Shown piece by piece: positions 1-10,200 of a DNA stretch of 64,000 bases. The notes under the pieces are model-generated. The model was not told the DNA's origin, did no database searches, and saw only the letters and a program-made list of their open reading frames with translations. Numbering within the stretch: the first letter of the stretch is position 1; every line of letters starts with the position of its first letter. A program made the translations under genes and the position numbers. Location of the stretch: NCBI GenBank assembly GCA_016722575.1, contig JADKIY010000001.1, positions 704,810-768,809 on the forward strand, given 5' to 3'. Origin of the DNA: Elusimicrobiota bacterium (lineage in GTDB: Bacteria > Elusimicrobiota > Elusimicrobia > FEN-1173).

Positions 1-951
1 CACCGGGTGTTTTCCGAATTGCCGGACTTTTTTTCGCCCGGCGACGCCCTGGTGTTGAACGACGCCCGGGTGATTCCCGCCCGGTTGACCGCCCGAAAAC
101 CCACGGGCGGGCGCGTCGCCCTCCTGCTCCTCAAACGGTTTCCACCCGAGGCGGGCGGGGAACGCTGGACCTCCCTGGCGACCCCGAAACCGAAACCCGG
201 CCTTCGTCTCGTCTTGTCGGACGGAACCGCCGCGACCGTTCTGGGCCCCGCCCCCGACGGGGAGCACGAAATCCTCTTCGAGCGATCCATCGCCGGGGAT
301 TTGGACCGGCTGGGGCGTCCGCCGCTCCCACCCTACATCGCCGCGCCGGCTTCGGCCGAAACGGATCAACGGGACCGGGAGTACTATCAAACCGTGTATG
401 CCGCCGACGGGCCCCTTCCCGACGACGGCCGGGCCCACGCTCCCGGCGCCGTCGCGGCCCCCACGGCCGGGCTCCACTTCACGCCGGCGCTCTTGGACGC
501 TCTGCGGGCCCGGGGCGTCCAGGTCCTGTTCCTGACCCTGCGCGTCGGGTGGGGGACTTTCCGACCCATCGCGGCGGACTTCCGGGACCATCGCATGCTG
601 CCCGAAGAATTCTATTTGCCGGCGTCCACCGCCGATGCCGTCAACGAAACCCGACGGCGCGGCGCGGCCGTCTGGGCCTGCGGCACGACCGCGGTCCGCG
701 TGTTGGAATCCCAAGCCGACGAACAGGGACGCCTTCGGGCGGGCGCCGGCGAAACGGGGCTCTACATCGTTCCCGGCCATCGTTTCCGTATCGTCGACCG
801 GTTGATCACGAATTTCCACATGCCCCGCCACACGCCGCTTCTGCTGGCCGCCGCCTTCGCGGGCGTGGATCTCCTTCGGGATTCCTACCGCCAAGCCGTC
901 GATCGCCGTTACCGTTTCATGTCCTACGGCGATGCCATGGCGATTCTTTAG
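1..951 (+). CDS. queA: S-adenosylmethionine:tRNA ribosyltransferase-isomerase QueA, 5'-truncated at window edge
   Basis: Motif PGDALVLNDARVIPARL matches the QueA region about 50 aa into the protein, and the reading frame is open from nt 1. The C-terminal part is QueA-like throughout. The GTG at 7 used in the track is not a real start. Confidence 0.85.
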   Translation, partial: HRVFSELPDFFSPGDALVLNDARVIPARLTARKPTGGRVALLLLKRFPPEAGGERWTSLATPKPKPGLRLVLSDGTAATVLGPAPDGEHEILFERSIAGDLDRLGRPPLPPYIAAPASAETDQRDREYYQTVYAADGPLPDDGRAHAPGAVAAPTAGLHFTPALLDALRARGVQVLFLTLRVGWGTFRPIAADFRDHRMLPEEFYLPASTADAVNETRRRGAAVWACGTTAVRVLESQADEQGRLRAGAGETGLYIVPGHRFRIVDRLITNFHMPRHTPLLLAAAFAGVDLLRDSYRQAVDRRYRFMSYGDAMAIL

Positions 952-962
952 TCCCGCATTCG

Positions 963-982
963 TTTACACAAGATTTACAATT
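963..982 (+). promoter_or_regulatory. Tandem TTTACA direct repeat (TTTACAcaagaTTTACAA) upstream of giant gene 1, followed about 30 nt later by TATCAT-TAGG
   Basis: Near-identical arrangement upstream of giant gene 2: TTTACAaaacaTTTACAA at 60032-60050, then about 30 nt, then TATACT-AAGG. The repeat spacing (11 nt) is the same in both. Confidence 0.35.
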
Positions 983-1215
983 CCCCAAGGGCGCGTTAAC
1001 CTCCCGAAATTATCATTAGGTTGTTCCTAAGATGTTTGCCGATTCCCCGGGAGGGACGCCTTGCACCGATTAATTGCCTCCGATTGCCAATGCGACGCCT
1101 GCCGCCAACGGCGCGTCGCCTATCTGTGGGTTCGCGGCGGCCGACGGGACCACCGGTCTCGGCCCCCCCACACCGAAACCTCGAAACGACCCCCCGAAAA
1201 AACCAAATTGCGCCA

Positions 1216-4200
1216 ATGGTGGAGCAACCTTTTCCGATGCGGATAAACGGCCGATCCTTTTCGACCGCGTTGCGCCGCGGCGCCCGCCCCGTTCTGGGCG
1301 GCGCCCTGGCCGCCGTTTATTTCCTGGTCAACGTTCCGGGGGTATACGCCGTCGAATCCAGCTTTTGGTCGGACCGGCGGGAGCGCGCCGGACGACGGCG
1401 GTCGCCGGACAATCCAACCCTTTTAGCGCAATTGCCGTCGGGGGCTCGTGCGCCGTTGGGGGACGCGGTCCTTCCCCCGGTCGCCGGTCGATTGTCCGAG
1501 GAGTCCCTGGGCGGCGCCGCCCGCCTTCCGGCCAAGACGCCCGCCTCCCCCGCCCTGCAACGGGCGTTCGGCTGGTTGCCCGCCGTGGTCGCCCCCTACG
1601 GGGACGTTCGCGACGTTTATTTGTCGCCCCGCCCCGGCGCGCCCACCATCATCCACCTTCAAGACGCCCACGAAATCGCCGAAGCCCAAAGGAACCTCGC
1701 GGGCCTGACCACGGCCCTGAAATCCGCCCGGGGGCTCTCCCTGGTGGGCCTGGAAGGCGCGGTGGGCGCCTTCGCCCTGGATCCCTATCGCCGTTATCCC
1801 AACGCCGACATCACCCGGGCCTTGGCGGACACCTTTTTGGGATTGGGCTATTTGACCGGCCCCGAAGCGGCCGCCGTGACCGGCGACAAGCCGCCGCTCC
1901 TCTGGGGCGTGGAAGACGCCGGCCTTTACCGGGACAACATTTCCGCCTTCGAAAATTCCGAACGAACCCGGGCTCGCGTTCAAGCCTTGGCCGCGAAATT
2001 GTCGGCCGCCGCCGACGAGGCTCGCGACCGTTATTACTCCCCCGCCCTTCGGGCGCTGGACGACCACCGCCGGGCCTACCACGAGCGGAAAGAAGGTTTG
2101 GCCGCTTACGCCGCGTATCTGTGGGGTCTGCGCAAAGGATCGCGGACCGAATTCGAGAACACGCGCCTGTTGCGGGAAGCCCTGCAATGGGAGGAGCGCC
2201 TCGACTTCGTCCAAGTCGAGAACGAGCGCCGGGCCCTGGTGGAGGGTCTTTCGCGCCGTTTGCCCGAGGACGCCCTGGCCGGACTGGTCCGGGAAAGTCT
2301 GGATTACCGGGCGGGCCGCCTCTCCTACGGGGACTACCACCGGTATCTCCGCCGTCTCTGCGCGGACCACGGGTTGGGGTTGGAGCGTTATCCTCAATTA
2401 AGCGCTTACGTGTCTTACGTCTTGTTGGCCGAGCGGATCGACCGGGACGGTCTTCTTCAAGAGCTGGTCGCCCTGGAAAAATCGGCGGAATCCGCCCTGG
2501 CGGTTTCCCCGGAGGAAAAGGCCCTGGTCTCCGTGCGCCGCGGTCTGACTCTGCTGGACAAATTAACCACCCACGGATTGACCCCGGCCGAGTGGCAGTC
2601 CTATCTGGTCGAAAGGCCCCGGTTGTTGGCCCTTCCCAAAACCCTTTCGACCCTGGTTCCCGGACGGATCGCCGGCGCCGACGCCCTGACGCCGGAAACC
2701 CTCGATTCCTTCGAGCGTTTTTGCTCCCGGGCCCTGGACCGCAACGGCGCGCTGATCAAAAACCTGTTGGAAAAAATGCGGGCCGAGGGCGCCTCGGCCG
2801 CCGTCCTCGTGGCGGGGGGCTTCCACACGGCGGGGCTGGCCCAGCTTTGCCGTCAACAGGGTCTATCCTACGCCGTCGTTTCCCCCCGACTGGCCAAAGT
2901 GCCCGCCGAGACCCGGCCCCTGGACGTGTTCGCCCGTTCGCCGCTCCCCTTGGAGAAAATCCTCGCGGGCGACGTCATCCATCTGGCCTACCCCCGGCTC
3001 GGCCAGGCCGCCGGCGAAGGATTGGCGGCCCAGGGCGCCGCCGCGGCCCGCCAGCAGACGGCCCAAATCCTCTGGGCGTCCTTTCAGGAATTTCTGGGGG
3101 GCCTCGCCACCAATTTTTCCGAAGGCGACCGCGACCGATTCGCCGAATTTGCCCGCCAATTTACCGCCGTGAGCGATTTAAGTGCCGACGTGTTGGAGTT
3201 GGGCGGGGGGATACGCGCTCTCGCCGTTCGGGTCACGGTTTCCAATGGGGACAAGAAGGAATTGGCGCTCCTGAGCGCCCCGGACGGCCGGGAAAACGTC
3301 TACGACCGCTTCGGCGCGGAGCCGGCCTTCGCGGGGCGGGTGGAATTGCCCTCGGGTCCCCTGGCCCTTCGGGTGTATGCGTTGAGCGATGTGTCCGGCC
3401 CGGGCCTGATCGGCCGGGTGGTTTGGTGGGGGGACCGCACACGGGGGTATTGGTCGGCCCACGCTCGGTCGTTGATCCAGCAATTGAATTTCCGGCTCGC
3501 CGGTTTGTCGGCCCCCAAAAAAGCCGTCGTTGAAACGGAGCTCTCCCTGGAGGAAGCCCACGGCCGGGCCATCGCTGAAGTTTCGGCCCGGTTGGGTCTG
3601 CGGACCCGGGAACTGGAACCCATCGCCCACCACATGGTCCGGGTTCGGGACCTCGCCGATCATCTGGCGCGGTCCCTCGGAACGAACGCGGAGGACATCG
3701 CGCTTCTCCGTTTGGCGGCGAGCGCCCACGACATCGGCAAATTCCACGAGGACTGCGTGGAGCACGTGATCACCCCCGATATCTTTCCCAAGGATTCCCC
3801 GGCGTTCCGGGCCCTGGCCGAACACGAACAATTGGTTTTCGACGTTCTGGGCCGGCAAAAACTCGTCCTGTCCGCGGAAGTGGCGATGATCCTCCGCGCC
3901 CACAGCGCCCTCGGGGCCGGGGCGAAGGAATCGCTGGACGCGGTGCCGGGCTTGACGGAGCGGCACGTCCGGCTGGCGTTGATTTTGTCGTTGGCCGACG
4001 TTTCCGACGGGTACCGCGACATGCACCGGCCGTACATTCAAGCCTTGGTGCAAAAAAGCGGTTTCCCGACGCTGGATCAACTTCGCCGCGAATTCCTGAA
4101 ATACGCCGCCAAAGCGGCCGGCAGTTCCTACGCCGGGGCCCTGCCCGACGCGGAGTCGGTGTTCGCCCGGGCGGCGGCGGAGCCCTGGTTCGCCGCCGCC

Positions 4201-7200
4201 ACGGAACGCACGTTGATCGAACACGTCGCCGGTTTGGTGGAAGCCGCCACGGCGGGCGATCCCGACGCGGAAAAAGCCCGGCGGCTTTCCCGGGAGATTT
4301 CATCCCACCGAATTCCCGCGTTGGCCACCCCGCCCGACCGGTGGTGGTCGGCGTTGGTCGAATCCCTTTTTGTTCGAGGCGCGACGGGCGATCAACGGGC
4401 GGCCGTCCTGGAGTCGCTGTTGACCACGCTCCAAACCGAAACGGCGGCGGGCCGCATCGATGGCGGTTTGGGGCTCGCGGGTCTGACCGCGGGCCTCCTT
4501 CCCGCCGGGCGGTCCCGTCCGGCCGCGGCCCGGGAAATTCTTTTGGCGCGGGAATGGACCTCCGAGAAAGCGTTGGCCAAGGACATCGACGCGACGGCCC
4601 AAGCCGTTCGCGAGCTCGCCGCGCAATACCCCGCGGTGGCCCCGGCGGCGTTGTCCTCGTTGACCAGTTACGCCCTGGGGGAAACCGAAGGCCACGGCGC
4701 CTGGGACGGTTCACCGGCCCGGCTGGAACTTTCCCGCCGAGGGAACACCCTGCGTCTCCGCATTGAAAACGACGGGGGGTATCCGCTTCCCAATCGGGCG
4801 CCCAAGAACATCCGCAACCGTTCCTTCACTCCCGCGACCGCGGAGCCGCTGATCTACAGTTCCCGGGGCGTGGAGTCCGGGTCGGGCGCCGGGACCGCCT
4901 ACATCGCCGTTTACTTCCATCAAATCTATCAAGCGGGTCTTCCGGACCAACTCACTTCCCGGGCCCGATTGGCCTGGACCCAGCGGGCCCTGGGCGAAAA
5001 TCGGTACCGCATCGCCCTGACGGTCCACCTTCCCTTGACGTCGGCGGCAACGATTCGGGGCGGCGCCATCCCCGCCGTCGCCGCTTTTTGGGAGCCCAAG
5101 TTCGTCTCTCTCCTGGGCGAACGTTGGGGCCGCTACTTTTATCGCGCGGTGGCCGGGCCCACCCTGGAAGACCTGTTCGGCGGGCTCCGCAACGCCGAAT
5201 CCATCAACAGCGCGCTTCTCTTTCCGCTCCTCGTTGGTTTCTTGATGAATCTCGGGGGCGATCCGGTCCTGGGCGCCTTCGTTCCCGCCTTTATCCTGTT
5301 CTTTAACCGCCTGCTGTTCGTGGCGCGCCATCCCGAAGGCCAGCGAACCGAAGCCGGGTTCGTCGCCGCGCTGGGAGGCGCCGGGGCTTTTGCCGTGGCC
5401 TGGATGGGCGCCTTTTCTCCGGTGGCGGTGGCTCTCGGTTTCCTCGCGGGATGGTCCTTCCACGTCGCGACCAACGCCGTGTTCAATTTGCCCGTCCTTT
5501 TCCAAGGGAAGTCGAAGGAACCGTCGGCGCCCGCGGCCCCGGCCCGAACAAAAATTGGATTGGTCCTCCTGATGATGGGGACCCTTTTCCTCTCGCCCAT
5601 GTACCGGGGCGGGGGGAGCGCCCTGATCGACGCGGCGGCCGACCGCTGGGCCGGGTTGGGCATCGCCGCGATCGGCCTGTTGATGTTGGCGACGTCGGGC
5701 AACCCCTTCGCGAACGCCAAGCGGGGAATCGACCGGATTTTGACCTCGTCCTTTGCCCAGGGCCTTTCCCGGCGCTGGACGGGACTGGTGCGCTGGATCG
5801 GCCGGAACAAAAGCCCCCTGTTGGCCGCGGGCTTCGCCGCCGCCCTGGGGTCCCTTTTCGGGCCCTCCAACCCCGAATTGATGATCGCGGCGGCCGCGGC
5901 CACCGGGACCCCCCTGGTGCGCCGGTCGGAACGCCGGGATCTGAACATCGCCTCGGTGAGCGTCGAGTTGGCCCCGCCCCACGGGGAGGTCAACCGGCAA
6001 ATCCGGGGTCTGATGGCTTTCGGTCACTCGATCCTTCGCCGCAACGCGGCGGGCGGGTGGAGCGCGGAGAACCACCGGGGCGCCCTGTCCCTGACGACCC
6101 GCGACGGGGAGGACCTGTCCCGGGACGGCGTTCTCAACGATTTCGAAATTCACCTGGTGGGCGACGGGGCGTTCCGTTACCTGCACGTTTGGCCTTGGGG
6201 CGCCCAGGAGGGCCACGGCGGGGGTTTAAGCACCGTCGGAACCCTGAACCCCGTCAAACGCGTCTTCATCGCCCGGGGGTTGTGGGAATCCGACCGGGAA
6301 CGGGCCTTGACCGTCCTGAAGCACGAAGCCACCGAAGTTAATTTGTGGTGGGAGCATTCGCTCAAGTTGGGTGACGAAAAACAAATCGTCAGCGTGGACC
6401 GAAAAGCCGAGGCGCTGGCCGCCGTCGCGGCCTTTCGCGGGCGCCCGCGCAAAAAAGCGGACGCGTTGGTCGCGGCCGACGCCAAATTGCCGACCATCCG
6501 CGAATGGATTCGGGCCAACGCCCTGGGGGCCGTGGTGGCCCTCACCAACCGGTTTCACAACATGGCGAACCGCCGCTACCGGACCGAACACCCCATGGAT
6601 TTCATTCCCCTTCCCAACACCCTGAGCGGTTCGGTCGCCATGGTGAGCTGGGAGCACCGGGACTTTTTCAAGAGGGGCGGCTTGGGCGACGCCATCAGTG
6701 AAGCGTCCTTCAATCTGGCCAAGCTGGGCCAGGACGTGGACCTTTACATGCCCATGCACAAGGAAATGGAAAACAAGGTCCCCTGGGTCGACACCCACCT
6801 CACCGTGCCGGTGGCGACCGCGGGGGAACGGGTGGTCTTCCATCTGTTCCGAACCGAGATCGACGTGCCGACCCCGGGCGCCGGCCGCTTAACGGTGTAC
6901 GCGCTGAAAGACGTCACCCCGCGGTCCGGCGACACCGAACGCTGGCGGCTCTTCCAGTACGGGTACAACCCCCCCAACGACCTGCGGTATTACGATTACC
7001 CGCTCAAGGAATCCGCCTTGGGAGCCAAAGCGGTGGTGGAGGCCATGAAATTGGTGAGCGGTGACCGGCGGGGCCGCGTTCGCTACCGGGCCGTCAACGC
7101 CCACGACTGGCAAGCCGCTTTGGTGCCCGTGCTCATGAAAGGGGACGCCTCTTTCGCCGGCGTCGGTCGCATTTTGACCGTTCACAACGGGGCGTACATG

Positions 7201-10200
7201 GGGAATTTCCGCCTTAAAAACGACGACGGGACCGACAGCTACAACCAGGAATTCCTCCGGGGGTTGGGCCTTCCCGCGGGCTACGATCGTTTCGGTCCCG
7301 GCGACCCCATTGAATTTCACGGCCAGATCGTTCTTCAGAAGGCGGCGCTGCTGGCCGCCCACAAGATCAACCCCGTCAGTCCCCAATACCGCAACGAATT
7401 GCTGAGCCCCGATGACTACGTGTTGCCCGGAAACACCCGGGACATGGCCGGGGTTTACCGCGCCCGTCAAGCCGATCTGGTCGGCGTGATGAACGGGTTG
7501 GACGACGACATCTGGAACCCCGAGCGGGACCCCGCCATCGCCGACGCGCCCTACGCCTACACCCCCTTCGTCGCCAGGGACGTGCGCGAGAAAAAACCCG
7601 CCAACAAGTCGAATTTTCAAAAAGCCCTGGGGTTGACCGTGGATCGCGATGCGCCGATGCTCTACACGTGCGCCCGCCTGTCGGAGCAAAAAGGGTTCGA
7701 TTTCGTGGCGGACGCCATGGAAGGCTTGTTGACGGAATTTCCCAAAGCGCAGTTCGTCCTCATGGGGGACAGCGACAACTCGGAAATGGGCAACGACCTC
7801 GCCCGGCGATTCACCGATTTCATGACACGCTACCCGGGCCGGGTTTGGTTCGGGCCTTTCGGGGGCCGCGGGGGGTGGGAACATTACATGGGGGCCGCGG
7901 CCGATTTCGTTTTGTCGCCCTCCCGCTTTGAGCCCTCCGGATTGACCGAGAAAAAGGGAATGCGTTTGGGCGCCGTCCCCATCGTCCGGGCCGTGGGGGG
8001 CCTGCAGGACACCGTCGTCGATCCGCGGGAGGACGCCGACAACGCCAACGGCTTCAAATTCATCGAGCCCACGGGCGCCGCTTTCGGCGAAGCCGCCCGC
8101 CGGGCTCTGCGGGCCTACGAGGCCGGCCACGGTCAACGTTTGGGCGACGAGCCCAACATCGATCTGCTCCAGCAAAACGCCATGCGCACGCCGAAATCCT
8201 GGGAGGACGTGGCGCGGGAGTATTTGGGACTCTATTCGGCCGCCCGGGACGCCGCCCACGACGAATCGACCGCCGAAGTGGCCGCGCGCCGCCACGCCGT
8301 TCCCCCCGCCGCTCCGCTGATCGGCCATTTGCCCGCGGGCGTCGACTTGGGCGCGATTCGCCTGGAACGGGGGGACGAAGTCCGCGGGGCCCTGGCCGAC
8401 CTCGAGGAATGGATGGCCACGGTCGTCAGCGGCCCGCCGCCGACGCTGGCCGGTTCCCGCCGGGGCGAGACGATCCCCCAAACGTTGGATATGCTCCGCC
8501 AGGAACTCGGGGCTTTGTCGTCCGACGCGGACGCCGGCCTTTTCGACGCCGACGCGTTCCAGCGCGAATCGGCCGGGCGGGTCCTGGGGTTCGGTTTCGC
8601 CGAAACCAAAACCGCCACCGGCCGGGCGCGTTTGGGATTGAGCGATGAATTTTTCAACCCCGACTCCGTTCTTTATCCCCACCGTCGGGAGGCCCTCTTT
8701 CACGAAGCGTACCACGTCGTCCTGGGGGTGGCGGACAACTCGACGATCCATCGCGACGCTCTGCGGATTCAGGCGGCCTTGTTTTGGGGCGTGCCGGTGG
8801 AAGAAGCCTACGCCCTTTCCCTGGAGCAATTGGAGGCTCATCCCAAGAACGCCCTCGGTCGAGCGCTTCGGGTGCGGCGCCTCCTCCGGGATTTCCGCGG
8901 CGAAGACGTCAACGGTTTGGCGGACCTGCTTGGGGAAAAACTCGAAAACGGCCAGCTGATTCCTTTTCTGACCGAGGCCGACGACGCGCTCAACGCCCCC
9001 CTGGCCCTGTCCCCGACCGCGTTGGAGCGTCGAACCTGGGAGCGGGTGGACCTCATGCGCCGCCTCGAAGGCCAACCGCCCAGGGGCCGCGGCGACCTGG
9101 ACCCCCGCTTCCTCGAAGCCCGGCGCGCCGAAGAGGATTGGTCCAAACCCCTCATCGAATCGGGTCCCGTGGAAGCCCCGCAACCTCTGCTGAAAGCCAT
9201 CGCTCTTTTAACGACCGAGCAGGAGGATCGCCTCCTGAACGAGTTGAGCGCCGCCGTCGCCCAGGATTCCGCTTTGGCCGACCGGCCCATCGTGGACGAC
9301 ATTTTTTTAATGACGGGACGGATCCCCAAGGGGTGGGCGAAGCTGCACGGAATCGCTTATCAGCGCGTTTACCATCTTTCCGCCGAAGGCCGGAAGGTTT
9401 GGGCGGGAGGGCTCGGGCCCGTGCAGGTGTTCCACAGCGACGCCGAACGGCAAATCACCCGGGATTCCGCATTCGACGTGGTGGACATCGAGCCCGATTA
9501 CACCCACCGTCGAACGGCCGAAGGCATGGTGCCCGCCGAGCGCGCGCGGCCCTCCACCCCGTTGAAGCCCTCCTTGGAGCCGCCCTTTGACCTGGAAGTG
9601 AAGTTCCAGGGCCGGCCCGTCAAAATTCGCGTTCGGCCCATGCGGGGCCCCGAAGGCAATCCCGTCTACCTGTTCCGGGACAATCCCGACGGGGACGCCC
9701 ATTTCACCAAACAGCTTTACGACTATCGGCCCAGCGGCGACAACCCGGCCTCCTGGGAGGAATTCACGGCGTTTTTCGGGGTGGCCACGCTCGCGGTCAT
9801 CGGCCGGTTGGAGGAAAATCGCTCCAAGGCTCTGGGCGCCCAATGGCGTCCGCCCGTGCTGCACGGCAACGACGCGCAAACGGCCATGGCCATCGTTCTC
9901 CTGGCCGAAATCGTCCGGGGGGGAAATCCCCGGTCCGAGGAATTGGTGCAGTCCGTTCCGTTCCTGGCGAAATTGGCTCCCCTGGCGGCCCGTACTTTTA
10001 AAACGCATACCTACGGGAACCGCCAGGGCTACACCTGGGGGAGGCCCGAGGATCACTACGGGGTGGCCTCCTATCTGAGCGGAATTCCCGAATGGGACCA
10101 CCAGCGATTGAATTTTTATTTTGCGCGCCGAGGGCCCGAAGCCCACGGGTATCCGGACGTCACCGCGGCGGCCATCGCCGCCACCCCGGGTCACGCCCAG

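Noticed and set aside
1021-1215. TTG start at 1021 as the beginning of the giant CDS
   Set aside because: This region is enriched in A-ending codons atypical for this genome. Paralog homology starts about 225 nt downstream. It is more likely a 5' leader.
1074-3533. 819-aa plus-strand ORF overlapping the start of the giant gene in another frame
   Set aside because: Alternate-frame artefact. The product is extremely Arg/Pro/Gly-rich with no motifs, whereas the overlapping main frame carries conserved paralog blocks.
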